Source: Candidatus Omnitrophota bacterium (GTDB lineage Bacteria; Omnitrophota; Omnitrophia; Omnitrophales; Aquincolibacteriaceae). From it: DNA of 64,000 nt. Shown here piece after piece: positions 34,201-49,200 of this stretch. The first letter of the stretch is position 1, and every line of letters starts with the position of its first letter. The notes below the pieces were generated by a model. That model saw nothing but the letters and a program-made list of their open reading frames with translations. It ran no database searches and was not told where the DNA came from. The stretch spans positions 6,583 through 70,582 of the forward strand of contig CAISGE010000058.1 in NCBI GenBank assembly GCA_903884815.1, written 5' to 3'. The translations under genes and the position numbers were made by a program.

Positions 34201-37200
34201 GATCAGGTCAAAATCGGTGAGGTTCCGGCACGCGGGAAATGGCAGGGCTTATTCCTGAAATACTGGCCGTGGTTCCCTGCTGTGTTCGTTCTGATGTCCG
34301 GCCTCTTCAACATTATTCCGCTAACGTCGGCGGTATTTCTTTTCGGTTCGGCCGTGGTCAGCCATCACCTCGCGAAGCTCGTGGTAGTTTTGAAAGAAAA
34401 AGTTTTCCCGCACGACGAAGAACCCGTGCTTGGCGCGGGAAACCCTGCCGTGGCGCCGGAGGGGATGAACCTCCATTACGATGCTTCAAAAAAAGTCTGG
34501 AAGGGATCCGAGATCACATGGCCGTCCGATGCCGGAAAGGCCTTGAGAGTCCATGGCTTGTCTTGGAAGAGAGATCGGGAGGATCCCATCCAGAAAGTGA
34601 TCGCAGGGCTTCCCCCTGTCAATTATTGGGATCCTGTTTCCGGAGAAATCCAAACGGAAGAAGCCGCGATCTTTTTCCGGCGCTACAGGACTCGTGCCAC
34701 GTGGGTGGTTCCTGAAGAGGAGCGTGAAGCCGCGTTTCGCCTGGCGGCCCTGTCCGGCGAGGAATTCCGGAGAGATGCCGTGGTCCGGGCGGCGATCAGC
34801 TCTTTTAGGGCTTACCTTCCTGTTCGAGGCGTGAACGAGCTGGATCGATTGCTCGCGGATCTTCAAGATCCAGCCAAAGTCCGGGAGGTTCTGACGGCCC
34901 CCTTTATGGCCGAGGACATGACGCGGCAACTTCTTTTTCAGGCCCAGAAGTTTGGCTTAGGTCCGATCAAGAGTGAAGCGAAAAACCTTAAGAAGTACGT
35001 CCTGGCTCGCCTTGTCCTCCAGGAAATCCTCCACCGGTTGAGTTTGTCGGATGATCTTTTACCTGACGCGAGTTCGTTACGTAGGTCAGGTTTAAACCTG
35101 ACCTACAATCCGGAACAGGATGAACAGCGGTCATATATAGAAGCCCGGCGCGAGAGCTGCCTGGCGGATCTGCACGAATTGGCCCACGACCTGATGCTGC
35201 ATTCCGGGACATTTACTTTTGCGGCTCGTGTGAATGTCTCAGGCATCGAAGCCGATTACGGTCCGGCGCTCGCGGAGGAGCTTCGTTCGAAAATTAATTT
35301 AATTGATGATCTGGAAATTCCGGCGGAACCGCTTACAGCGGAAATGTTACAGACGGCCCAGGAATCCTACAGGACGTTTTTGGTTACGCTGGGTGAGATG
35401 CGAGAGATCATGGTCCGGCATCAGCGCTCGACAGGCCCGGACGCGCCGGCGGAAAGTTTCTCTTATCAAAATCTCATGGACTCCTTGACGCATTATGAGA
35501 GCCTCATTCAGGAGGCTATGTTTCCGGCCATCGATCATTGGCTCGAGAATCTGCGAACCCAAGAGGCCTCGCAGGCGGCAGCGAAGCGGAATTCCGAAGT
35601 GAAACGCCTTCAGTTGCTTCCGGGGTTTTTGGCTCCGGGTGCTTCTTCGTCCGCGGCGCAGGGGGGCAAAAGGGCGGAAACGCGGAGGAAACCGAAAGAC
35701 GGGTTGCGGGGACCGAAGGAAAATTTAAACTCCGGTATCGTTAGGAGATTGCCCGTATGGGTTGTGGGTTCTCTGTTCGGCGCGATGGAGGGGTTGTACT
35801 GGTTGCTCAACCAAGCCATCTTCAACCTGTATGCATTCATTCAACTTCCCTATGAGGACTACACGGCGACTATCGCTTATCTGGTTGGGCCCGTGATCGA
35901 AGAGATCAAGGACCGGCTCATTCTTTTTAAATACGGTTTCATGCCGCGTATGAGTTCTACTGCGGCGGTACTCTCCAGTTCGGCAGTTTTTTCGGTACTT
36001 CATGTTTTGACATACTGGGCCGAGGATCCGATCCTGTTCGCGCCCCGGTTGATCGCATCTTTTGTTGCCGGCGTTTCTCTGGCGGCCAGTTACCGGATAT
36101 CGGGGACCCTGCTCGTCCCGATCGCGCTTCACATGATCCACAATGCCAAGGTAGATGCCTCAAATCCATTGCTCTGGGTCTGGGACGCTCTGTTTATGAT
36201 GATCTCGGTGTTTTATGTCTTTCGCGAGGCCTTCACACCGGCGCTTCAAAAACAGCTCGTCTCTCCGAAGGTTCCCACCTGGCGCAAATTGCTGGTGATC
36301 CGTTTACTGGGCGCCACTGAAACGAAGGAGGCTGAGACAGCGCTCGAGAATTTTATTGCTGCGAAGCCGTCTCCTTCCCCTGATTTATCAAAGGCCGCGC
36401 GCCGCGCGATAGATCAAATGAATCCGCGAAGCCTTCAAGCGAGTGAGAAGAAAAATCCCGTCGGTCGCGCCGAGACGCGCATTCGAGGAGTGATCGAGGG
36501 GATTCAGGCGATGGGGGATGTTCGCGCTCTCGCGTACCTGTCCTCCGCGATCGAAGGGGTGCAGACTTTAAATGATATTCAAGATCCCGAAGTCATGGAC
36601 GCATTAAAAAATGCATTCCAAACCGGTGAAATTGGTGAGATCGAAAATCAAGTTCAAAAAGTGCGGTGGTGGAAAATAGGTACGAAGAATTCATTTTGGA
36701 AATGTGCGCGGACTATTCGCGACAAATTGAACGAACTCCTTAATCCGCAATGGAGTCGTTTTATGCTCGCGGTGGATCAAATCGATCGTAAAGATGTATG
36801 CCAGCTTGTTTATAAGATCATGTCCGGAACGGATGAACCTTCTTTTTCATCGGCAGAACAGGCCTTGTTAGAAAGTCATCACGCGATCATAGATGTTTTT
36901 AGAGATTATCCCCGCCTGGCCCGTCTACTTGGGAATCTTCCTCCGGGTCTGATCATTCCTGAGGCATTGTCCCGCCGATTAAACGAGGTTTTTAACCGCT
37001 TGCGGTCAAAGGAATTGGAGTTCAACTTTCAAAGAATGCGGGCGACTTTTGACGCGATGCTGGCGGCCGGGAGAGTGATTGATGGTATTGATCGTGAACC
37101 GACGCTTGGTTTTGTAATAAGGATCGTTCGGGGTGAAGTGAATGCCGGGGATATTTTGAGTCATAATGAAAGGGAATCCCTGGCCGAGATCGAAATGCTA

Positions 37201-40200
37201 ACCGGAGCGGCAGGACTTGCCGAGGTCATCGCGGCCATTGGGACCGATCCGACCCTCATTCAAAAAGTCGAAATGCGGCGTTCTCTGTTAAGAATGAACC
37301 AAGAAATCGATAGAACGATGAGAGAACTTCAGACGAAATTCGAACATGCAACGGGTCCAGAGCAAGAAAGGCTTCGTCTGCTCTTGGAAGTGGCAGCTAA
37401 ATTAGGTGAAAACAAGCGGCAATTCTTAGAAGAACTTGGGGAGGGGAAAACAAATCAATTCCGTACCGAGATGCGGTCAACGTTGAAATTTCTTGTGGCA
37501 AGTGCCGTGGACGGGATGATCTGGGTCGGAACTTTGATTAGTTTCAAGAGACATTATGAAGCGGGGGTTTCTAATCCTCCGGCGGTCGCGACGGCTCCGT
37601 CGTTTCGTCCGGCTTCCTTCGATGATCCTATTTATGTGGTGCCGTCAGAGAAAGCGCTGCGGTCCAAGGACATTCTCACTCAGTTCATCGGCGATCCGCG
37701 GGGAGTCGCGAGGATCCGGGAAATGGATGAGATCGTCCGCCGGGAATTCGCCAAGGAAGCCGGTTCGCTCGACGCGTACATCCAATTTGCAAAAAGCGGA
37801 GAGGAGCGTCCGCTTGTCGTCCAGCAGGCGCTGTGGCTTGCTTCCAAGATGGACCCGGTTTGGCTCAAGTGGCTTAAGGAAAGAAATACCTCGATCTATT
37901 CGACCGACACGCCTGATTATGGCTACACGCGGGGGAGCCGGTTCTCTGGATATTTCGGGGAACCCCGCATTCGTGTTTCCAATGAGATCAAGTCTCCGAC
38001 GCAACTCGCCATTGTTCTTGCCGGTCACGAGGGCAAGCACGCGAACCGTTTGCCGCGTGATCTTCGCGGGGCGATATGGAACTCGCACATCATGCTGGAG
38101 AACCTCTTTCGAATCACAAAGCTGAATACGGAAGAAGTCGCGGCTTTCAATAGCGCGCGGATCTTCACGAACGCTCTCCTGAATGTAACACCGGAACCGC
38201 CTAATATCGGTTTTAACGACGCGAGTAAGCTCACCTACAGTTATCGTGATGCCGGTTGGGCTTTTGCTTTGGACGGGATCATTACAGTGGGTTGGTATGC
38301 TGTGGGTCTGACGTTCTGGGGTATCGGGTTAAGGAGTATGATCCGCAAAGATCGCCAGCGAGCGGAATGGAAGAAGTACGGCCGTTATGGCCCGAGGCCT
38401 GGGCAGACGCACACTCGGTCCGGATACGGCCGTGCCGAAAATCGGAATACGGCAGGCTCGGTAGACGGACCCGTCGATTGGACTCCCGGGTTGAATCTGG
38501 CGATCCTGGAATATTTCGGGCCCCGATGGTTGCCCGTCGAAAATAGAACAAGTGAAAACCTGAAAAATCGGCAGCGGATTGCGAGATTGATCATAGCCAC
38601 ATCGCTCAACAAGCGGGACTATCTGACAGACGATTTTGAATTTGTGGCGCCCCGGGAAGTGGTGGTCGCTGAAATGGAAGGTTTCCTTGATCACATGCAT
38701 GCCAACATGCGCCCCCTCATTGCCGGGTTGGAAGACCAGTACGGCGCTATTGCTGACGAGCTTGAACGCATCGTCACCGCCTCGCGCCCCGATGTGCGGG
38801 ATCCTGAACATGCGGGCTTCTTGCTGAGATCTCCCGGAGAATTCGATCTGCCCGCTCGCGTGGAGACACTGACGGATGCTGCTACGGGTGCACGAGAACC
38901 TGAAGTTGGCATTTCCGGGACAAGCGAAAATACCGGAAACGACCGTGCCGAAACGCCGAAGACGGAGGAAGAGCGGATCGATTTCCAGGATCTCGGCAAT
39001 GTTCTCACCGCGTTTTTTTCTCCAGAGCGCGTGGAGGGGTATTTTGACAGATACGACATCATTCGCATTATTTCAGCTTTTGTCATGTCGTTGGGGTCTT
39101 TTTACTATATGGATAAGTCGAATATTGCGGCCGTGGTTGCCATGGCGACTTTGTGGAATGTGCTGATCCTCATCCGGTCGATCATTACCGAAAGTGTGCC
39201 CCCTTTGTTGAAGAAAAAGGGCTGGTCGTTCTCTCAGATGCGCTGGGCTAAGTTTACCGCGCAGATGTTCTCTAGCGACATTTCGATCATAACGCTTGTC
39301 TTTTCGATGTTCGTCAACAATCACATCCTGAGCTTTTTTGACATGGCGAAGACGTCCCCGGGCGGGCTTGTAGTGTCGGGTTTTGTGATCGGAACGATGA
39401 ACGGCCTTCACGATGCTTTCTTCCGGGTCATACAGGGAGACTCCCGGCGCACGGTCATTCTGGATTTCTTCAGGGACTATGTGATGTACACGGTCCCTAT
39501 GCTGTTCGTCAATATTTTGCCGTTCCTGTCCAAACCGTTTTTTTACTCGGTATTTGCAAAAGTGATCGGGGAGACATGGGCCGGAATGGCAGAATGGCAA
39601 TCCGAGAGTTACTTGCCGGTAGTGGCAGGCGCGACGATGGAGGAGATGAGAAAAATGTTGCGGCAATTGCCTCGATGGAGATGGGATGACGGAGATAAGC
39701 CTCCCTGCCAGAGATCACTTACGCTAGAGGACACCACGATGATCGTGCGTGTGTCGAATAAAGATGAAGAAGGCTGGGCGATCCAGTTCAGAAAAATCGC
39801 GGAGGAAGGGAACGAGATGCTGACCCTTACATGGAGACCGAACGAGGGGCTGAGGGTTGGGAGAAAAATAGTCGAAGGACTTGATCCTTCGAAGAATCCG
39901 CTTGCCAGTTTTTCTTACGGAGATGACCCTGAAAAACCTCGAAACCTACGCCTCGTGTTCAGTAATGGGCAAGGCTTCACAATCTCTCAAGTCTCATCGG
40001 CTCCAAGGGAATCGGGTCCGGCGGGCTTTATTCTCGAAAACTTTCTCCTGTCCGAGGTGCAGCTCGCCGTAGAGAGAGCTGAAGTCCGTGACGGGGTCGG
40101 ATCAGGGGCGGAGATCGACCGGACCGGGATGAGGCTCACCCCCAGAACGCTTCTCGCTTCGAACGGATTGATGTCGGCAGTCGCGAAACATCTCGCCGCG

Positions 40201-43200
40201 CTCCCGGAGACGGACTTGAACGGAATTCTGAAAACGCAAGGAGTGAAGTTCCCCACAGGCGTGAGGGGAAGGCTTCTGGACACCTTTCAAGAGAGCGGCT
40301 TCAAGCAGGCTTTGCTTGGGGAATTCAGCCGAACGATGATGGCCGGCGGCGTGGTCCTTGTCGAGGCGGATGCCGGCTCTCTTCGAAGGCTCACAAAAAA
40401 TGACAAGGAATTCGAGCTGGTGTGGACCGGCGAGGACGGGAAGATCCATGTCCTTGAGCGCTTCTATGAATACCTGAATCAGATCACGAATGAGAAGGAA
40501 CGGATCAGTGTCGCCGCCGCGCTTTTCGCACGTCAGATCGCCGCAAGACTTTTTCTCCGGATCCTCAGCCAGGAGGACCCGCAAGCAAACACGAACCCCG
40601 TTCTGGCTCCCAAAATTCTCCTGAGTGCCCGTGCTGTTGAAGATTTCGTCTTTAACTCCGCGCCCCAAAAACTCGAAGAGTCGCAGGTCGATCTCCGCGC
40701 CCGCGGCTTCATACACCAGCAGATGTGGGAACGCCATGAACCCATGGCTCGCCATGCCGCGCCTCGTATCGATTGGGGCCCTAATGAACGCCGCATGAAA
40801 GGCCTTCTCAACCGGTTGGAGCTCATGCGCGACAAGTTGGTCACGGCCGGTAAAGTGACTCCTGCCGATCGCAAGGAAATAGACGATATAGACGCCTCTT
40901 TCACGCTGACTTTGAGCAAAAAGACGGCAGATGAGATTGCCCGGAAGGTCAGGGCCGCGACCGCCGTTGAAATTGAGGCGCAGCGCGAAAGACTGTTGCG
41001 GGCCTACGGCGTGATGCAAGGCCGGATCGTTGCGGCAGCCAAAAATCTCGAGGAGAGAATCATCTCGGAGAAGGCCTACCAGGAAACGACTTCCAAGGCG
41101 AACGCTCAGGCGAACGGGATCCTGAACCGGTTGATCAAGGCGGATCTCGCTCTGATCCGCGCCCAGCTTGAAATGAGAGTCTCCTTCCGTAACAGCCTGA
41201 ATGATCTTATCAATCACTTCGAAGAGAAGGTTCATGAACTCCAGTGGCGGAGCGTTCACGATCAGGCCCAGAACGAGATCAAAGAGGTTTTTGTCCGGGG
41301 CGCCGCAAGCGATGATTATTTGAAAGTCCGGATGCTGAAGGATGTGATCGATCGCCAGAGAAGGACGGGCGTGACCGAGCATAAGGAGTCACGGTGGAAT
41401 CACGAGGAGACATATTATCTGGCGACGATCAAGCAGCTCGTGGTCGCGCTCGCGGATGAAGAGGCGGCGGTTACGGTCAATCCCAAGGCGAGGCGCGCTT
41501 GGCTGCTCAGCTATCTCAGGATGAGAAAGGTCGATTTCGGCGGGAAAGCCGATGACGCGGTCATGCTGGATGACATTGCCGCGGCGATCTATTTGCGGCA
41601 GGACATCGCGGACGCCGTGATGAATAAAGTCGGGAAGTGGGCGCATTCCAGGCCTGCCGCCGGGCTTGATGATGCGGCGCTCAGGGAACGGGAGCTCATC
41701 GCCGAGCTGATCCCGGAGCCTGATGACGTGAGGCCGGTCGAGAGACTGAAGCGTATCCGCTATGCGAATCTGTTTAATTTCCTGCGGTCCCGCGATCATG
41801 TGCTTGAGACCTACGACCGCGAGGAGCGTAACGCGTGGCAGGCGATCGGTTTCTGGAATGACATCGCGTATCAGCTCAGAAACGCAAAAAGCGATGCGAT
41901 GACGGCCTCGCGTCTCCGGAATATCCGCTGGGACCTGGCGCCGATCGAGGAGTGGGTGGCGCACGCCCGCGTGGATGAGAAAACAAGGATCCGGGAACTT
42001 GTGGCGAAGGCGCGGGACAATGTCAAATTGGGGCAGTTCGACATCGTTCTTGACGCCGCCGCAGAAGCCCAGACGATACTCCAGAACGACTTTATTGAAA
42101 GGATTCGCCGGATGAGCCGGTATGTGGGCCAGCACAAGCAGTCCATCATGGCGGAGCTGGATACCGGCATGAAGCTGATCCGCTCCGGGATCCGCGAGAA
42201 TAGGCGTCGTGATTTCGGAAAGGCCTTGACCCGTTTCAGGAATTTTAAGGCACGGTATCTTGATGGCGCTAAGTCCACGAGCGAAGAGCCAGGCTATATC
42301 CGGGCGAAGAAGAATCTTACGATGGCGATCGCGGAGCTCGCGGCGGCTCATCAACTCAATTACGTTCCTGCCGAGGACCGTTTGCTCATCATTCTGAAAT
42401 GCCTCTATCGCGTTTGGTACGGCGTCGAGCATAAATACGAAACCATTCCTGAAATGGGCCCCGAAGCCGACGAGATCGAAGCCGAAGTCACTGCCCGCGC
42501 TCGCCAGGACCTCGCCCTCCGCGCCGAGATGCGGAAGGTGGAATTTCTTGGAGCCGATCATCCGATCGTTCGTGATCTGTCCGCGGCGACAACCGGGGCG
42601 GAGGTCAGAAAGATTTTGCCGCGGCTTATTCCCGAAGCTGCGGAGAGAAAGGCTTATTTGGCGTTTCGCGTGATCTCTCGGAATGCGGAAAAAGATGAGG
42701 CCCTTGAAGCCTTGGGGTTCTGGACGGACGTGAGCCGGTCGGACGCCATCGATGCTTTCGAGGCATCAATCCCTCAGAAGTTGGGGAAGCCGGGGAGCAT
42801 CAAAGGGATCGTTTGCTATCCTGGAAACAGGACTGTTGCGATCGAATTCCGGAATGGCGACAGCGTTGTGCTCGGCGTGAAATCCGGTTTTTATGGATCC
42901 ACAAAATTCGAGAACAACATAAGGGGGAACCCTTCCGCTTCGGATATTGCCGCGTTTCCGAAAATTCTACAGGGATATCTCCAAAATGGAAATTTGACGG
43001 TGCGGGGGGTGAAAGCGGATCTCCCTTTGGAGTATCTCTTGCCGACCACTATCCAGGTTGAAAAACTTGCCCAAAGCCTGCCTGATCTAGAGGGAGTTGT
43101 TGTAAGCGACTCGGCGTATCAGCAATATAAAGAGGTGCAGCAAAAAGCGGCAGCGGCAAAAGAGGCGAAACGGGTAAGAGATGCGATTCAGGCTGAAAGC

Positions 43201-46200
43201 GCTAAAGCTGCCGAGAAGGTGAAACTTAAAGACGCCGAGGAAAAGAGACTGGCCAAGGTGGCTCTCGAACAAGCCCAACGCGCAAAATGGAAAACGTGGA
43301 TCGCGCGATGGTCCCTGAGGGTGGGGGTTTCCGTCGGACTCGGGATCGGATGCCTGGTCGGTTACAAGATTCTGGATCTTTTGAAGTTGGACCGGCAGTC
43401 ACGCGCGGCGAGAATCATCAAACAGGACGTGACATCGCTTGATACCGATCTCGTGGAATATTTCGGGTACTATCCCTCCTTGGAAATCCCTTTCCAAAAA
43501 AATCTCGCCCGGTACGAAGAAGCGCTTTCGCACGCGAGTCTCAGTCAGGCGGAGGCGATGGAAAAGGCGACGGGGGATTACGATCTCGCGGCCGCCCTTG
43601 CCGGGATCGAAAAACAGCAGCAGGCCCTCGCGGCAATCCCGAGCGACGTCTTTGACTGGCGGGCGGGATACAGGCAGTACTTGAACCTTGTCTATGATCT
43701 CGCGACAAAAGATATCGAGCGCCGGTGGAAGGCAGCGGTAAAAGCCGGGATTCTTGCGGAGGCGGATCACCGTTCTCTTTCGGTATCGCTCCGCGAGTTG
43801 GTGAAAAATTCGATACAAGCTGAGATCGGAATCGCGGAGTCTCAAAAACTTCCGGTCAGGCCGATCGCCTTCATGGCCGGGCTCTTGCAACGTCCGCACC
43901 CGATCGTGGAACAGTTGCAACATTTGAAGCTGAAGAATGACCGGCCCGAAAAGGATCTGACGGTGATCGCGAGCGCGAGTGTGACGCTGCCTTATTCGCT
44001 TTACGCAAGAATGGTCAAGTATGCGGTCCATCAGGGCGGGACGGCGGCCGTATTTTTGGACGCGACACCTTTTCCGGGAAAGCCGGAGATCCTGACGATG
44101 ATCAACCCCGGCGGGAATACCATCGACGGGAAAATCACCGGCGGGAATATCACCGTTTGGTATCGCGGAAAGCCGGTGGGCAGTGCGCAAGCCAGCCGCA
44201 GGAATTTTGATATCGAGGGTCAGAAGATCCATCTCCTGAGCGCGGAGGGACAACCCGTCCGCACGATCGATGTGAGCAAATTCCCCGGCCTTCCCCGCAA
44301 CGAGTTGCGGGTGGCGGTTCCGGCGCAGGCGTCGGGGCGTATATGGAGATTGGGAATGGCGGATGTTCGCTCGCTTCCCGGAGCAAAAACCGTCGATCGG
44401 CTCAAGAATCTGGAGGATACAGAGGCCCGTAGTCTTTACACGAATTTGCCCGAGATGTTGCTTTCGGATGACGGGAAACTTGAGATCGCCGAAGAAAGCT
44501 TCAATCGGGGAATGGAAATCCTCCAGGAAAAGATCCGCCGTCTTAATGCGACGATCAAACTTATCGAGCGTAACGAGCCGGGTTCCGATTTGAAAGATAT
44601 TCTGGGAACCCATAGGGATGCGTTGGTGGAACTGGACAAAATCCTACAGAAAGACCCTCAAGCGATCGTGCAGCGCATGGCGAACGAGAATATCCGGTTC
44701 TCGGTGGTGTTTCTCGAGGAAGGCATTCTCAAGGATGGCCGGCGCGTTAACTATGGCAGTGAGATCGTGCTCGGGAAGCTTCGTAAGGGGTTGGCGATGG
44801 CGCAAACCATGCTGGCGCAGGCAATCGAGGGGTTGGAGCTGAACGCCTTTGTTGAAAAAGTTTTAGGGCTTCCCCGTCGTGAGCAGAGCGATTTTATGGC
44901 GAAAAGCGATGAGCTGAAGCGTTTGGATGAGGACGTGGCCGAGACTGTTAAAGCGGCGATCATCCAGGTCTCGATGTTCCGTAAGAACGTTTCGGATGCC
45001 GAAGAGTTTGACGCTGTCATGAAGGAGATCCTTGTGAAGATCCAGACGGAGGGAACTCCTGAGGATAGCGAGGCGGACGGTCACGCGAAATTCCTGGATT
45101 ACATGCTGTTCCCGGAGCAAGTGCCATCGCCGGAGCAGTATTTGGCTGAGCGGCGGGCGCACGGAAAACTTCTGAAGGCCGTTGTTCTTGTGGGCGAAGG
45201 TCTTAATGCTACGGGGCACTTGGCGATCGTGATCGGAAGCGACAACGAACCGCCCATTTTAGTTTCTATCACTCCGGAAAACATGAAGGAAGTCAAAAAA
45301 GCGATCGCCGAGAGTGGCGCCGGAGGTCAGGTCCCGATCCTCATCCGGCCTGCGGAGGCCGGTTCAGAGCGGAGCGTCAAAGAGGAAGGCGCTGCCGGCG
45401 TGGCCATCGAATTGATCGTCAATCCCTCGGCGGATGAGCTTGCGGAATACCGGCGGCAGGAGTGGATCCAGTCGCTTTGGCCCAAAGCCCTGGCCCGTTT
45501 CTCGCGCGGGATTACCCATTCGGTGAAGCTTAACATGCTGCCCGGTCAGGAGTCTGATCCCGACCATGATGTGGGGCTTTACCGGACCGAGATCATGACG
45601 GCCGAGAGGCTTCAGATCTATTTCGATCTTTTCAAGATCAAAACGGCGGAATTGAACGATCCTAAGGGGGGACGCGACGTGGGAGCGAACCTGAAAGATG
45701 CTCTTTGGCGCCGGCTTTATGAGGATATGGAAGATGAAATGCGGCATATTGCGGAGGATCCGACGCTTGCCGGTAAAAGATTTCGGATGAGGCCCGAGGA
45801 CCGTCGCAGTGACAAGAACTCGGAATATTATGTTGAAATGGAGATGAACGGGATCCCGAACGACGCGGAAGGGCAGGACCATTACCGGACACCGCTCGGA
45901 CGCATCGAGCTTACTTTCCGCCTGATGGCGACTTTGACAGCCGAGGCTATGGCGGCAAAATCCGGGAAGCCACATGCCAAATTCGAAGTGATCTATCCCG
46001 GCGTACGCGGGCCCGAAGACCTCGACTTCATTGAGAACGAGATCCTTCCGGAGGCGAGAAAGTTCGCCGCGCAACGGGTCGCGGAACTTTCGGGGGAGAC
46101 TGTTGAGGCGTCCGCTCGGGCGATCGCAGCCGCCGAGGCAAACATCCGTTTTGGGATGATGATCGAGCTTTCCGAAGCTGCTGTGGAGAATAGGCAGGCG

Positions 46201-49200
46201 CTGTTGACGCGCCCAGGATATTTGGATTTCAGTGTCGGGTCAAACGATCTTGAGACGAGCCTTGCGGATAAAGCTTCACAGGCCAAAGGGGGGCCGAGGA
46301 TCACTCGCGATAGCCCGGAGATCAGTCAAGCGAAAGGTATCATCGGAGAAGATATGCGGGAGATCGTGACCGGTTGGGCGAGTGATATTGACCGTATGAA
46401 CCGTGAGGCAGCGCCGGGACAGGAGAAAACGCTTTCGATCTGCGGGGAGAAAGCGGCAGACAAGGAAGGACGCAACTTCTTCGGGCCTTTTTTCAACGAC
46501 CTTGTACAGCGCTTTCCGCGTGCGAATCTTTCCCGAAGTATGTCCGTGGGGAGCATTCCTTACACTGCCACGCTTGAAAATTTGCTTCGTATGCCGCAGT
46601 ACTCCGGCATCGGCTCCGTTTATAGCCAGCCCCGTCAGACCGAATTGCCTCTCGAGACTGGGGCGACGGAAGAAGCTCCGGAGGTCGAAGCCGGACGCGA
46701 GGTGGAGGCTCTCATGCAGAACCTCAGGCCCGTAATGCTCGTTCTGGAGCAGTACCAGTCCCGCTACGAACGTGAGGGTTTTTACGATGCCTTGCATCTG
46801 CTCAAGATCAATATGAGGGACGGCATCGGGGGGCTAGCCGAATTTCAATATCTGGACCGGATGCTTACGGCTGTTTCGAAAGAGGACAAGAAGCCTTCCG
46901 CCGACGAGCTCTATGTGGATCCCGACCAGAGGATGAACGCTGCCGGCCTCCGAACGCTTCTTAAAAAACTCAAAACGCACGTCAAGTCCGGTTCGATCAG
47001 CGCGGAGGATATCGATTTGCTTGAGGAGGCATTTAAATTTATGACGTCCCTCCAGGAGTCTTTTGAGACGGCGAGCAAGAAGGACCCCGAACTTTTTGGC
47101 CACTCACTCAATTTGCACAACATGGAAGAGTTCCTGAAAGTTTATCCTTTGGCTTCGGGCGATCCGACGCGCCAAGCCTACGATCTCATATCCCAATATC
47201 AGGCCTACGCGGAGAAAGTTTTCACTATCACGGCTCGCTTCCTTTTCACGGTGAGTCAGGAAAAATTCCCCCCAGAGATCGCGAGCGAAAAAGATCTCGG
47301 GGTAGCGATGTCCGATCAGAGTGGGAAAGTATTTTTCATGGAGCAGGAACGGAAGGGGATCAGTTTTTATTTGGGGGAAGGTTTTGTCTATGGCATCGGC
47401 CGGTATCTGGAGGTGAAGAATGCCCGGGCGTGGCTTGAGGCGAACCCGGAGCGGCTCCTGGAGATCTTCCGTGTTGCGGCGCAGCGCGGCCTGAGGATCT
47501 CGCAGTCGACACAGCAGGCGATCGAGGGTTTTCTGGCGTCCCAGGGGCCCATCGTTCCTGACGAGGTTCAGCGTGCCTGGATGAAGGATTTTGATCATAT
47601 CCTGAAATCCCCCGGGAATGCGGAGTATGCGTTGATCCGCATGGCGCGATTGGGAGTGCTATCAACCCTTTTTCCGGAATCCGTGGCGAGCCGGGGCGTG
47701 CGGGCACGTGAGGGAAACCATTTTGATCTTTTTTCGGATGCGCTTCGCAATTGGGAAATGCTCGGGGCGTTACCCTCTCAAAAAAACCCTGTTTACAGTC
47801 TTGCCCAGGAGACCCTTCACCAAGAGGGGACGAGTCCTACTGGGTTGAGCGATCTTCGACTGGCATTTTTCCTTCCCAGTCTTACGAGGGGATGGGATCT
47901 GAATTCGTCGCCTGCAAGCAGACTTGCGTTGGTTCGTAGCGTCCTGCGTCCCTACGCGAATGCCACTGAAATGAAGCTTAAGGATTTTGTGGGCTGGACG
48001 GCGCGTCTTGTGCGGCTGCTCGATAAACAAGCCTCTCTACTTCAGCATGATTTTCTGACGGATGCTGAGGTTTCCAGGGCGTTGGAGCATCTGACGAAAG
48101 GGATGGAACGCTCCGACATGGAGCTTCTGCGGCAGATCTATCTTATGGCGTTTGTCGCCCGGGCGGGACTGCCCGATTCGGTTGACCGCGGCATGGGCGA
48201 ACGACAGGGACTCGATTCGCCGCTGGCTGATCTCGACACAATGTCTCTCGCCGCGCAGCTCTTGATCGCGGAGGAGCCCGTCAGAGCAGCGGCTTCCGCG
48301 CGCATCGCGGAGGCCGAAGCGGTTGCGCGTCAACAAATGCGGGATGTTGCGGTGGAGAGTGGTTCTGCGCGGCTGCAGGCTTTTGAGCGGATCCGGTCGG
48401 GAGTGCTGAGTGATCTTGCCAATACCGGGGCCATGAGTCGAACCCTGAATGCTTATCTCAAAGTGAACAGGGTGTTGCCGGATTTTCGTAAAAAAGCCGT
48501 GGAGAATGTCGATCTCAAGATCAAGAAGAAGCTTGGCGTCCTTGCGGACGGGACCTTGGATCGTGATGTTGCAACGGCTTTTTTTGATCGCTACGCGCAG
48601 CGAGTCTCGAAATATTATGTCGCGTCCGTGGATGAAGCGACCGTGATCCAGGACCTTTTGATGCTCGCGCATCTTGAATCGGTGCATGAGGAGGAAGGCC
48701 TTGAGCCCGCGGTAAGTTTCCGGGCGTTGCCGCATCACCATCAGCAGGCTTTCGAGATTACTTTCGGATTTCCGATGGCCTCCCCGAGCGCTCTGGCGGT
48801 TTTTCTCGGCATTTTGGCGAACCGGGGTTTTTCCATTACCAACGGACGGCTTTATCCATCGGGGGACGAGAACGCGCCTGTGATAATGAAGTTTTCGGGT
48901 GTTTTCGAACAGGGGCATGTGGACGCCCAGGCCATGCGCATGCAGATCGCCACGGATGTCCAGTCGATCCTGGAGCCGGAAACATTGCCGAAGAAGCGGG
49001 CCACCTTCTTCGGTCGCGCCCGCGACATACTATCCGTATTCTTTCTCGGGGAGAGGAAAAATCGTTTTAATCGTCTGGCCGATCGGTTCCCGGAAGGGTT
49101 CACGGTCCAGAGCTTGAAAGCTGAATGGGAGAAAGCGGAGACACAAGTCGAACGGCTTCCCCGGGACCCCTCCAAGAATTTCACCACGTTTGTGATCTCG

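Noticed and set aside
40102-44613. Long antisense ORFs (426, 390 and 404 aa) and many similar ones opposite both giant genes
   Set aside because: Typical shadow ORFs of GC-rich coding DNA; no recognisable motifs, while the + frame contains clear domains.
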